64,000 nucleotides of DNA. Origin: Eledone cirrhosa (lineage: Eukaryota). The notes beneath the pieces were generated by a model that did not search any database, was not told the origin of the DNA, and was given only the letters and a program-made list of their open reading frames with translations. A program made the position numbers and the translations under genes. The DNA is taken from assembly GCA_964016885.1 (NCBI GenBank), contig OZ024740.1, positions 191,456,001 through 191,520,000 of the forward strand, given 5' to 3'. Of the stretch, positions 12,023-24,534 are shown piece by piece. Each line of letters opens with the position of its first letter. Within the stretch, counting starts at the first letter, position 1.

Positions 12023-12655
12023 TCTGTGGAGAGAGAGAGGAGACTGTGGCTCACATTGTATCCGAGTGTAAACACCTAGCCCAGACTCACTATAAGGGCT
12101 GGGGACATGATGTGATGGGCAGGGTGATCCACTGGTACCTATGCAAAGTAAACAATTTACCACATTCTGAGAAGTGGTATGAGCATAAGCCAGAGGCGGT
12201 GATAGAAAACGATCAGGTGAAGGTGCTGTGGGATTTTAGGATACATACGGACAAGAAACTGGAACACAATAGACCTGACCAGGTGGTTGTGGACAAAGAA
12301 ACAAGATCGTGCCTGATGTGGATGTGGCCTGCCCATTCGACACGAGAGTGCAAGAGAAGGCGAGGGAGCAAATTAACCGATACTAGGACTTAAAGTGGGA
12401 GGTAAAAAGGATTTGGAACTGCCATGAAGTCAAAGTGATCCCGATTGTCATAGGCGCACTAGGGACTATCTCAAAAAGTTTCCAGGGATGGTTAAAGAAA
12501 ATTGGCCCATTCACGCTGTTTGGAACGCTTCCAAAGGCATGCTTGCTGGGAACAGCAAGAACCCTCCGATACGTCCTGAATATCTGAGGTAGTGGCTTGA
12601 TATTAATTTCAACAAACATTCCAGTTTACTAACATCAATGACTGAGACTCAAAGA
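12016..12655 (+). mobile_element. Dong/R4-like LINE 3' fragment (CCHC plus restriction-like endonuclease)
   Basis: CRICGEREETVAHIVSEC...HD...LWDFRIHTDKKLEHNRPD...IPIVIGALG; ends in (TAA)n-like tail. Confidence 0.88.
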
Positions 12656-12690
12656 GTAATAACAACAATACTACTAATAATAATAATAAT

Positions 12691-15600
12691 GATTTCTTTA
12701 TTAACCACAAGGGTTTACATAAAGTAGACATTAAGGACAGTGCAGGACAATACAGGACGGTACAAATGGGCATTTCTGCGTGTAAAATCCATAAACAGGG
12801 TGTAGCAAAAAAAATAACAATGAAAAATTCCCTAATAGGGAGGAGACTTCGGAGGGACTTTTGTGGAGAAAGCCCAGTAAAAGGCCACAGTGACCCTGGC
12901 CACCATGGCAAGTGCCCTCTCCCAGTTTTCCACCTTTAATTTACAGATACGTACACAGAGTAGGCCCATTCACTCGGGCCTTTCTTGCTTCTCTCACCCA
13001 TCTTTCAACAAAATGCTGGGAAGAGAGCACTTCCCTCTCTACTATGATTTTCCTTTTCAAATGAAATTTTAAAACGTCAATCAGAGCATCACCGAAGAGG
13101 TAAGTGCTCTGTTCAGCCCTTTCAAACGTGTCCACCATACTATCTCTTTCGCCATGGCCACCATTCAGATAATAACTGCCTGCCCTTCCCGGCTAAAGGA
13201 GGAGGGTGGGGAAATCTTCACGAGTGCGTGCAGGACGGTTTCGTCGTCCTGCGCGCATCTCGGACATGCTCGGCTGACGGCACCTCCATGCCTGTAGAGT
13301 TTATCCCGAACTGGCAAGGCTCCTCGGTAGCACTGCCAGGCCAGAGATTTCTGGAAGTTGTCCATAGGTCCCGGCCCGAAAGTTCTTCCGAAGAGATTGG
13401 CTAGTTGATTTTCGTCGACGCCTAGAGTTTCACCACGTACGTCGTCGCTCGTTCCCTCGACTAATCATCTATAGAACGCCGAGGTGGAGTTTCAACCGAT
13501 CACATTGCGCGATTGAACGAGGGCTGTGAGCGCCTGAAGACATTCCAGTCTCCAGGCGCTCCCTCTCGGTCTTCGCTTGACCCAGGACTGCAGCTCCGTC
13601 AAGGAAACGAGCTGGGGAAATACGCGTCTAGCAAAAGGCGACCACACCTGATCACCGTCGAGGAAGAATTGCAGATGTCGTAGCCTGAGCGCGTGTCTGC
13701 GCATCATCAGCCACGGCATGCCTAGCCCTCCATGTAGCGCGTGTTGACAGCAGATGGACCGCCTGACCATCGGAGCGCGTCCCTTCCACAAAAAGCGAAA
13801 GAGCAAACGCTCCAGCGCAGTCAGGCGGGGCTTAGGACAAGGTACGACGGTCAGGCGGTAGCAGATGACAGACGCGATGTACGAATTAGCCACTTCCGCT
13901 CGACCTTTCAGGGATAGCTTCCTCTCCACCACATCTGGGTGAGAGAACCCACCCTGCTCGTCACCTCGTCCCAGTTTTTGTCCGTCTGGAGGTTCGGACC
14001 GAACCAGACCCCTAGCAATTCAACCGGTTCGTCCAACGCATGGACCTGCCTCTGAAAGTGCCGAGCTGCATGCCCACTGACTTTTCCTGGTTGATCACTG
14101 CTACTGTCACCGCTTCGTATTCTCTTAGTGTAGTGCCAATCGCCTCGATGTGTTTGGCGTTCGACACTACTACGGTGACATCCTCTGCATATGCTGACAC
14201 GGATCTTCCGCATCCTAGTTCGCGCTGATCCCCCTCAACGTCTCCAGTTTGTGCAGTAATGGCTCGAGAGACAATACGTACAAAAGGGACGAAGGGGACA
14301 TCCTTGGCGGACCGATCGCATGATGTTGAACGGTTCTGAAAGTTGATCGTTCACTCTCACCACAGAGCAGATGTCGCTGTGCATGGCAATGATCCAGCCT
14401 CTAATGACGAGCCCAAAGCCAGCGGCCCTCAGGACTGCCGCTATGTAACGATGGTCGAAGCTATCGAAAGATTTTGACTGATCTAAATTTATCAATGAAC
14501 CACCCGTGCCAGGTTCCCTAGCTACCCTCTCGACGATGTATCGCATGAGGTGGGGGTTGTCGTGGATCCATCTGTCGGGAATGGCGCATGTGTGCGTCTC
14601 TGCCACCAGATCACCAACGACAAGCGCCATCCTCTTTGCTAGCACCTTGGCCAAAATCCTGAACTCTGTGTTTAGCAGAGTTATGGGCCTGAAATTATCT
14701 ATGTTATCCTCCTTGTTCGGATCCTTTCTCAGCAGCGCCACAGCACCTGGGCTCACAGAGCTGGGAATTCTCCCGTTCTGTTGCCAGACGCAGTAGACTT
14801 CCGCCAAGAGGGCTCCGAGCAAGTCTGGCATCTGTACGTAAATTCATAGGGCAGACCATCCAAACCAGGCGATTTACCACTTCTGCAGCCAGTCATTGCC
14901 TCCCGTACTTCAGCGGCTGATTCCGGCTTTTCGCAACACTCCGCCTCAGCGGCCGAGAGCCGCGGCAGTCCGTCGAGGTAGACAATAAAGTCCATCCCTC
15001 GATCCCGCCGCTGCCCCGGAACAGCTGTGCGAAGTGTCCCTGAAAAGCTTCACACATATTCCCGGGATCGAGTAGCATGCGCCCGTCGTGGTCCAGCAAA
15101 GGCCGGATTGTGGCTTTGTTTCCACGACGCGCCTCTGCCACTCGGGCCCATTGAACGGCTTTCGTCCCCTCGTGTCTGAGAGCACGCACCCTAGCTCTGA
15201 CAACGCAGCCTTCGTGCTTTGCATGGAAGAATTTGTCAAGGTCCAATTTTACCGCAAGTATGTCTGTCGCGATGCCTTTGTTAAGCGCCTCGTCTAATTT
15301 TCTAACTACTTCTCCCTCTGCTCTATTTTTCTCTATTGCTAAAGCCTTACTAAAGCTATGGGCTCTATTCTAATCGCTCTTTTCAGAGCAAACCGCCATT
15401 TGTTGTTGACGATGGCACCCGTCAACGCCCGCTTAACTAGTTCGCTAATCCGGTCTCTGTAGGCCTTGCGCGCTGGTAAGGACGCGTTTAGCTTCCAGTA
15501 GCCGGGTCCTCGTTCCACTTGGCGCGATTTTATGTTAATCGCCCGATAAGACAGTGTGCATAGGCGCCGATGCCCCATGTGGGGGGTGACCCAGTACCCA

Positions 15601-16270
15601 TCTTTCTTTACCATTCTTTTGGTTCTTCTAATTCCTCTTGAATTACCTGGAATGCTTCGCACATATTTGCTACTCTGGCAAAAGACAGGGTGGTTTTCTT
15701 AATTTCATTGTTGCTGTTGTGGTTATCGTTATTTTTGTTATTGTTAATTTTAATTTCAGTTGTGGTGGTGGTGGCGTCAGTAGTGTTCGGTGTGGAAAAG
15801 TTCATTTTGGCTGAATTCATTTCGATATCACTAGATAATTTATGTTTTTCTTTTGATTCTGTTGTCGCTGTGGTGGTGGTGGAGGTGGCGGCTTCAACAC
15901 CTGCAGTCATTGGTAATGGCGGGAAATGAATGTCTGCCTGAGACAAATTTAAAATATAGCTACTGCTTATATTGTTAGTGTTGGCAAACGTAGTAATAGT
16001 TACAATGGTGGTGTCAGTCTGAGGTGTTAGAATATGAGGAAGGTGTGACTTTGAGTCGTGCATGATTTTTTCAAAGAAACATTTTTTTTTGATAATTATA
16101 AAAGTTTAAATTTTGGGCTCAAGGACCCAATCTTTTTGAGTGTCCTTTTCAGATAACAATGTATGTGCACTTATATACAGTTAAAAATAAACATTTTCCA
16201 TAAATGGCAATTTCAAACAACTGAAAACAACAAACCTTTGCGGAGCTCACGATGATACGATTTACTACTT
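12691..16270 (-). mobile_element. Tx1/L1-clade LINE, copy 1, decayed, apparently internally deleted
   Basis: RT motifs NFRPITLLNTE, LDQSKSFD, VRQGCP, AYAEDVTV, HGGLG; GYWKLN; ORF1-like Thr/Asn-rich N-terminus at 15608-16063; AATAAA and (TTA)n tail. Confidence 0.88.
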
Positions 16271-16278
16271 AGGTCACC

Positions 16279-16321
<43 letters not shown>

Positions 16322-16559
16322 GGATTTCTTTATTAACCACAAGGGTTTACATAAAGTAGACATTAAAGACAGTGCAGGACAATACAGGACGGTACAAATG
16401 GGCATTTCTGCGTGTAAAAAACAAAAACAGAGGATGTAACAAAAAATAACAATGACAAATTCCCCAATAGGGGGGAGACTTCGGAGGGACATTTGTGGAG
16501 AAAGCCCAGTAAAAAGCCACAATGACCTTGACCACCAAGGCAAGTGCCCTCTCCCAGTT

Positions 16560-19500
16560 TTCCAACTTTAATTTACAGATATATACACAGAGTATATTCA
16601 CTCGGGCCATTCTTGCTTCTCTCACCCATCTTTGAACAAAATGCTGGGAAGAGAGCACTTCCCTCTCTACTCTGATTTTCCTTTTCAAATGAAATTTGAA
16701 AAAGTCAATCAGAGCATCCCCGAACAGGTAAGTGCTCGTCTTCAGCCCTTTCAAACGTGTCCAGCATACTATCTCTTTCGCCATGGCCACCAGACAGATA
16801 AAAACTGCCTGCCCTTCCCGGCTAAAGGAGGAGGGCGGGGAAATCCTCACGATGGACTCAGATGATAGCCGGATCCATCCTAAACGCGACAGCAGGTGTT
16901 CGACATAAACCCACAAGACAGAAATTTTCGGAAACTGGAAGAGTGCGTGCAGGACGGTTTAGTCGCCATGCGCGCATCTCGAACATGCCCGGCTGACGGC
17001 ACCCATGTCTGTAGAGTTTATCCCGAACTGGCAAGGCTCCTCGGTAGCACTGCCAGGCCAGAGATTTCTGGAAGTTGTCCATAGGCCCCGGCCCGAAAGT
17101 TCTTCCGAAGAGATTGGCTAGTTGATTTTCGTCGACGCCTAGAGTTTCACCAAGTACGTCGTCGCTCTTCCCCTCCACTAATCCTCTATAGAACGCCGAA
17201 GTGGAGTTTCCACCGATCACATTGCCCGATTGGTCGAGGACTGTGAGCGCCTGAGGGCATTCCAGTCTCCAGGCGCTTCCTCTCGGTCTTCGCTTGACCC
17301 AGGACTGCAGCTCCGTCAAGGAAACGAGCTGGGGAAATACGTGTCTAGCAAACGGCGACCACACCTGATCACCGTCGAGGAAGAGGTGGAGATGTCGTAG
17401 CCTGAGCGCGTGCCTGCGCATCATCAGCCACGGCATGCCCAGCCCTCCACGTAGCGGGTGTTGACAACAGATGGACCGCCTGACCATCGGAGCGCGTCCC
17501 TTCCACAAAAAGCGAAAGAGCAAACGCTCCAGCGCAGTCAGGCGAGGCTTAGGAGAAGGTACGACGGTCAGGCGGTAGCAGATGAGAGACGCGATGTACG
17601 CGTTAGCCACCTCCACTCGACCTTTCAGGGATAACTTCCTCTCCGCCTATTTCTGCGTGAGAGAAGCCACCCTGCTCGTCACCTCGTCCCAGTTTTTGTC
17701 CGTCTGGAGGTCCGGACAGAACCAAACCCCTAGCAATTTAACCGGACCGTCCGTCCAGCGTCCGACGACGCTGTTGGACGGCATGGACCTGCCTCTCCAG
17801 GTGCCGAGCTGCAGGTCGACTGACTTTTCCTGGTTGATCATTGCTCCTGTCACCGCTTCGTATTCTCTTAGTGTAGTGCCGATTGCCTCGATGTGTTTGG
17901 CGTCCGACACCACTACAGTGACATCGTTCGCATATGCTGACACGGATATTCCGCATCCTAGTTCGCGCGGGATGCCCCTCAACGTCTCCAGTTTGTGCAG
18001 TAATGGCTCGAGAGTCAATACGTACAAGAGGGACGAGAAGGGACATCCTTGGCGGACCGAGCGCATGATGTTGAACGGTTCCGACAGGTGACCGTACACT
18101 CTCACCACAGAGCAGATGTTGCTGTGCATGGCAGTGATCCAGCTTCTGAAGACGGGCCAAAAGCCAGCCGCTCTCTGGACTACGCTAGGTAACGATGGTC
18201 GACCCTATCGAAAGCTTTCGACTGATCTAAATTGATCAAGGACCCACCCGTGCCAGGTTCCCTAGCTACCCTCTCTACGATGTATCGCATGAGGTGGAGG
18301 TTGTCGTGGATGATCTGTCAGGAATGGCGCCTCTCCCACCAGACCACCAACGACAAGCGCCAACTTCTTTTCTAGCAGCTTGGCCAAAATCTTGAACTTT
18401 GTGTTTAGTAGAGCTGTGGGCCTGAAATTATGTAAGTTATCCCCTTTGTTCGGATCCTTTCTCAGCAGCGCCACAGCTCCTCAGCTCACAGAGCTGGGAA
18501 TTCTCCCGTTCTACTGCCAGTTGCAGTAGACGTCCGCCAAGAGGCCTCCGAACAAGTTTGGCATCTGTACGTAAAGTTCATAGGGCAGACCACCCAAACC
18601 AGGCGATTTACCCCTTGTGCAGCCAGTCATTGCCTCCCTTAATTCAGCGGCTGTTATTGGATTTTCGCAACGCTTCGCCTCAGTGGCCGAGAGCCGCGGC
18701 AGTCCGTCGAGGTAGACACTAAAGTCCATCCCTCGACCCGGCCCACCGCTGCCCCCGAACAGCTGAGCGAAGTGTCGCTGAAAAGCTTCACACATTTGCC
18801 CGGGATCGAGTTGCATGCGCCCGTCGTAGTCCACGAAAGAACGGATCGTGGCTTTGTTGCCACGACGCGCCTCCGCCACTCGGGCCCATTGAACGGCTTT
18901 CGTCCCCTCGTGTCTGAAGGCACGCACCCTTGCTCTGACAACGCAGCCTTCGTGCTTTGCATTGAAGAATTGGTCAAGGGCCAATTTCGCCGCAAGCACG
19001 TCGCTCGCAATGCCTTTGCTAAGCGCCTCGTCTAATTTGCTAACTAGTTCTCCCTCTGCTCTATTTTTCTCTATTGCTAAAGCCTTACTAAACCTAATCG
19101 ATTCTATTCTAATCGATCTTTTCAGAGCAAACCACCACTTGTTGTTGACGATGGCCCCCGTCAACGTCCGCTTAACTAGTTCGCTAATCCGGTCTCCGTA
19201 GGCCTTGCGCGCTGGTAAGGACACGTTCAGCTTCCAGTAGCCGGGTCCTCGTCTATGAAGCCTATCTAAGTCAAGCACACAGATCACGAATTTGTGGTCC
19301 GTGTAGCTGACTATCTTGAATTTTGGACAGCCTATGCTAGACCTATCTATTTCCCTACAAAATACTCTATCTAGATATGATCTGGATGACCCTATGCGAT
19401 TTGTCCAAGTCCACATTGGCACATTCGGGAAATCCAATAGGTACCTGTCACACAGTTCAAAACGCCTGAGCAGGTTGGTGAGGCTCTTGCACCGTCCACC

Positions 19501-19974
19501 CCTATCCGCTAATCCAACACAGTCCCAGCGTGCATCTAAGATCCCGTTCCAGTCGCCCACTAACACTAAAGAGCTGGACGTTCCAAGAAAGGTCTCCAGA
19601 CGCCGGAAGAAATCAGGCCGCCCTGCTCCTGTCGGGGCATAGACGGCCACTAACCTGAAAGCTTGCTCGTCTCCGCTGGTCACGTCCAGCACCACCAGCT
19701 TACCCTCTGGGTCCAAGAAGATGGCCCGTATGGCGAGATCCAAACCTCTCCGAAAAAGCACAGCATCTCCTCCCCTCGATTCAGGACGTCTGGGAGATGC
19801 GTACACATCGTAGCCGCCGAAGATCGGTGTGAAGGCCCGTGCTTCGGAGATTCTGGTGTCGCTGATGGCCACTACATCTATGTTTAGTGACCTGAGGTCG
19901 TTGAGAAGGTGACCCTGCTTCCATGACGACCCCAAGCCACGTGCATTTATGCTGCCTATCCTGAGTGAGGACAT
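16560..19974 (-). pseudogene. Tx1-like ORF2: AP endonuclease plus reverse transcriptase, broken by stops and frameshifts
   Basis: MSSLRIGSINARGL, VAVYAP, LVGDWN, WTWTN, SYLDR, YTDHK, GYWKLN, KSPGLGGLPYELY, VRQGCP, AYANDVTV. Confidence 0.92.
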
Positions 19975-20009
19975 GTTTAAAATAGAGTGGAAAAGATGGG
20001 AAAGACAAC

Positions 20010-20965
20010 TTACCGTACTTTTCGTAGAGGAGGGATGGTTTTTGCATCCCTTATCACTTGATCGTCTGGTGAAGGGACCGTTGAATCGTCCCTTCGGCTG
20101 GTCGTCGTGTCTTCTATGAGTATGTCCGAATATACTCTTCGATTGATAGTTCCTCCTAGGTCCCTGAAATCACCAACTGCGTTGGCGAATTTCGTTTTAA
20201 TGTTTGTGTATTGTTTCTGTGCTATTTTTAGCAGTCTTATGTTAGTTGGCGTTTTGATTGGTGCTGGTATTATGTAGTCGTATTGTGAAATGTCTGTGTG
20301 TTCAATTATGTAAGTCATTAGTTTCTTGTTGTGTGTATTTATTGCCGTGCATTTGTTTTTCTGGGAGTGGAGTGTGGTTCTGCTATTTTCTTGTCGTTGT
20401 TGCTGGGTGTGCGTGTTTTGTTGTTGTGTTTGCGATGTTGGTGCTTGTGGTGGTGGTGGTGTTGAAGGTGTTGTTGGCGGTGGGGTTGTCGCCGGTGGTG
20501 ATGGTGGTGCTGGTGTGGGTGGTGATGGTGTTGGTGGTGTTGCTGCTGTGAGTCTCTTTGCAGTAGACTTTACCCTTTTCTCATTTCTTTCCTCCCTCTT
20601 CAAAGGGGACGATGCGCTGCTTCTGCGTTTGTGCCTTCTTACGACCTTTTGCCTTCCCTCTCCCACCTCACACTCCATGTCTGATTCTGTGAGGTCGGGG
20701 AGGGGTACCAGCTCCACTCTTTCACTTGTTGTTGTTGGTGATGTTTGCACTGTAGTCTCTGTTGCAGCTGCAATTGGTATTGCTGTTGTTGTTGTTAATA
20801 TTTCCACTGCTGCTGCTAATTTTGATTTCTGTGGCGTGGGTATGGGTGCCACGGACCTATCGTTCCTGGTTGCCGCTTGTCCTGTTGCTGGTAGCCTTGG
20901 AGCCGGTTTCGGAAGGAGGGGGGTCTTCTCCTTTCTCAGGGTCTTCTCGTTGCAGAAGGCCCTGA
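20010..20965 (-). pseudogene. Tx1-like ORF1 C-terminal part (Pro/Thr-rich, basic patch)
   Basis: Low-complexity ORF ending just upstream of the ORF2 ATG; possible end of a zinc knuckle (LRAFC) at the truncation point. Confidence 0.65.
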
Positions 20966-20971
20966 GTGAGT

Positions 20972-21115
20972 CTGGAACACTTCAAAAGGCATGCTTGCTG
21001 GGAACTGCAATAACCCTCCGATACGTCCTGAATACCTGAGGCTGCAGGTAGTGGCTTGATATGCATTTCAACAAACTTTCCAGTTAACTAACATCAATGA
21101 CTGAGACTCAAAGAA
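20972..21115 (+). mobile_element. Dong/R4-like LINE extreme 3' fragment
   Basis: LQKACLLGTAITLRYVLN plus 3' UTR matching 12520-12655; (TAA)n tail. Confidence 0.85.
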
Positions 21116-21136
21116 CAATAATAATAATAATAATAT

Positions 21137-21750
21137 ACTATAAAGGCTGGAGACATGATGTGATGGGCAGGCTGATCCACTGGCACCTATGCAAAGTAAA
21201 CAATTTACCACATTCTGAGAAGTGGTATCAGCATAAGCCAGCGTCGGTGATGGAAAACGATCAGGTGAAGGTGCTGTGGGTTTTCAGGATACAGACGGAT
21301 AAGAAACTGGAATACAATAGACCTGACCTGGTGGTTTTGGACAAGGGATAAAGATCATGCCTGATTGTGGATGTAGCCTGCCCATTCGACACGAGAGTTC
21401 AAGAGAAGGAGAGGGAGAAAATTAACCGATACCAGGACTTAAAATGGGAGGTAAAAAGGATTTGTAACTGCCATGAGGTCAAAGCGGTCCCGATTGTCAT
21501 AGGCGCACTAGGTACTATCTCAAAGAGTTTCCAAGGATGGTTAAAGAAATTCGGACCCGCCCCGCTTATTGGAAAACTACAAAAGTCATGCTTGCTGGGA
21601 ACAGCAGGGACCCTCCCATACGTCCTGAATATCTGAGTCTGCAGGTAGTGGCTTGATATTCATTTCAACAAACTTTCCAGTTGAATAACATCAATGACTG
21701 AGACTCAAAGAACAATAACAATAATAATAATAATAATAATGATAATAATA
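21137..21750 (+). mobile_element. Dong/R4-like LINE 3' fragment with (TAA)n tail
   Basis: RHDVMG...TDKKLEYNRPDLVV...DVACPFD...KINRYQDLKWE...PIVIGALG. Confidence 0.9.
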
Positions 21751-21947
21751 TATGTAGTAATAAACAGTAAATTGTATCTTAAATTACGCGGGTTAGAATG
21801 TGGTATTTCAAACATCGTAACTTTAGGCACACAATTTACTGTGATTATTACTACATATACTATTACATAATTGTCAGTATTTATAAGTTGAACTTGTTAA
21901 TTACAGGGTATTAATATGAGTTATTAACTCTGCCTTTTATTTGTAAT

Positions 21948-22063
<116 letters not shown>

Positions 22064-22199
22064 TTTCTGAATTTGTTTATCAAGAATCTTTATCTGAAAA
22101 CGTGTGTTGAAACCTATATTCTTATACTTTGGGAGGATAATGTTGCCAATATGAAACACACGCACCAGATGTTTCACTTCAATGTATTATAATTTATTA

Positions 22200-24400
22200 T
22201 AAAATTCCGGTTGGTTGGTTGGTTACAAAACCGGATTGTTGTTCATATATTGTCAAAGTTCTTTCGTCACACATTATGTGACCTCATCAGTGACTGGGGA
22301 TTATTTTCTTTCTTTTGTGCCTCTCCTTTATTCTGACATAAGCCATCTTGTTTTTGTGTGTGTTGTGTGCTTATTTTGCGCATGCGTTACATCCGGGTGT
22401 TTTTCTGTTAATTTATTTGTTTATTTACATGTTACTAATTAGTCGTTTGTCCTATGTGTATGGGTTTTCATTTTGTCCTTAATTGTAAGTTGTGATGTTG
22501 CTATTCCATTCATGTTTTTTTTAGTTGGAGTTCATTTATGTGTATTGCCTCTGTGATTTATCTAAACAATGCGACTTTTCTGTGTGTAGATTCTATTTTT
22601 ATTTCTATCTTCTCTAATTTGCCCCTATGTTCTATTTTAGCATGTTGATGGAATACTGAAGAGTATTTTTTATCTTGGAGTTCTCGCCAGTATTCATTTA
22701 ATCGTTCTCCTATGCTACGAGCTGTCTCACCTATGTACATTATATTCTTATCTTTACATTGTCCCTCAGTACATATTATGCTATATACTATGTTTCTAGT
22801 TTTACAATTAATATGCGGGCTTAGTTTACAGATTATGCATTTCTTATCTATACAGGGAGGACTTCGAAAAGGGTATGTATCAATAATATGTGTTTTATGG
22901 AGGTAACTGATCTTTCCACTATCTTAATATTTAATTTTTGTTTATCTAGGACCCTTCTAAATTTGTAAGCTAGTTCACCTCTGGGGATTGTAATTGATGA
23001 ATATTACACTCTGGGATTTATTGCTATCATAAGATGAGTTTATTGTATTAACCTTATTCCTAGTTCTTTCTATTCTATTCCAGAATTTGCTTGTATGCAA
23101 GGGGCAGGTCCCATTTGTATAATTATTTACCATTTTTTCCATTTGGTTCTGGCTCCTCTATATACACTCATTCTATCTCTCTGATTGTAACCAGAGAACT
23201 GCATACGGTGGATGAAGTGTTGTTAGAGTCACTCTAGTTCTTTCTGTTTGCACATGCAGGACACGTCCCTCATCACCCTTACTAAATACGCAATCAGTAT
23301 GTTGATTTTGGTGTGATCCGAAACAGCTGAGCTTCGGTGGATCAGGTATTTGGAAGTCATGGATTTGGCATAATGGCAATGGAGGATTTGTTTTTTGTTA
23401 TTAATGTTTTCTAAGCAGAACTATGTTTCTAGTACAGGTAATCGATGGTTGGCGCGTTTGCTTGAGTAGTCTATAGTAGTTTTAATACTCTGGTGGATGG
23501 AGTTAGCTATTTGCTGGATCATTTCCATGGTGTTTTTCACTAGTTCCTGACTGTTCTCTAGTGAGGGTGTTTTTACTACGATGTTTATATCATCAACGTA
23601 GCGGGAGTACACATACAGGATTAAGAGATTGTTGTCTTCTAATTGTTCTTTAAGTTTGTTGTCCCACCATACCATAAAGAGGTTAGCTATGTCACCTGCA
23701 ATGCTAACGCCAATGGCTGCTCCCTCCTCTTTGGCATATTCCATTAAATTTTAACATAAGGGTTAGTTTTATATTGGCCCACACTGTATGTGCAATCATT
23801 TTCTTTACTTCATCGTGGTTTTCGAGGTTCCGTATGGCTCTGCTCCACACGTTCCATCTTTCTGTGTGGGTTTTCTTGACCATTAAAGTAATGGTAGTGT
23901 GTCTGCCTGTTGCCTGTGGGGCAGAGCTTGTTAAGGTCATACGTATCTAGGTAATCATTATTATATATGTGAGTTTAAGTAGGAGTCCCAGTTCACTGGT
24001 ATCAATACCACAGAAATCAACATTGCTCTCACTGATCATTTCCACGCATTTCTCCACAGCAAAATCCACGTCAATGTATGGGTATAGAGACACTGCATCT
24101 ATACTACCTATTATACCGTATCTTAGATCCCTAGACAGGTTATTTTCGCTGATTCTGCTGAGGAGGTCCTCCGTGCTGTCACATATATTCGGGGACATTT
24201 CAATGATGGGGCTTACTGTCAGGGAGAGGAAGTACGACAGTCTGTAGTTACTAGCAATGTTAGCTCCAACGACTGGCCGTATTGGTGGTCCTGTGACTGG
24301 GTCACTGTTCGTCTTATGGTCGTTTCGAAGCCCATACAACGCTGGCACGTCACTGTTCCAATCATGGAAGTTCTTGGTAATCCATTTATTAAATAAACGG
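22200..24400 (-). mobile_element. Decayed Penelope-like element (RT plus GIY-YIG)
   Basis: PALYGLRNDHK...RPVV, SIDAVSLYP, GAAIG...ANLFMVWWD, YSRYVDDI, YIGETARSIGERLNE; HHR in the 3' UTR. Confidence 0.9.
22252..22294 (-). ncRNA. Minimal type I hammerhead ribozyme
   Basis: Minus strand GTCA-CTGATGA-G-GTCACA-taatg-TGTGAC-GAAAG-aa-CTT-TGAC. Confidence 0.75.
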
Positions 24401-24534
24401 ACTTGGCGAGCATCATAGAGTTTTCCAGTCTACAGTTCTTCATGCAGTGTCTGTGGACGTACCACCATTCTTGAACTCCCCAGCAGTGAAACCTATGTAG
24501 TGCCAAATAGAGTTGCCTGAATTTACAGTACACA

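Larger units (their letters stand above)
16323..20970 (-). mobile_element. Tx1/L1-clade LINE, copy 2 (ORF1 C-terminal part plus frameshifted ORF2)
   Basis: Strongly similar to copy 1 over RT and 3' UTR; includes the APE domain; tail abuts (TAA)n at 16279-16321. Confidence 0.93.

Noticed and set aside
17582-21039. Long plus-strand ORFs (17582..18091, 20326..21039)
   Set aside because: Antisense shadows of the GC-richer Tx1 coding sequence.
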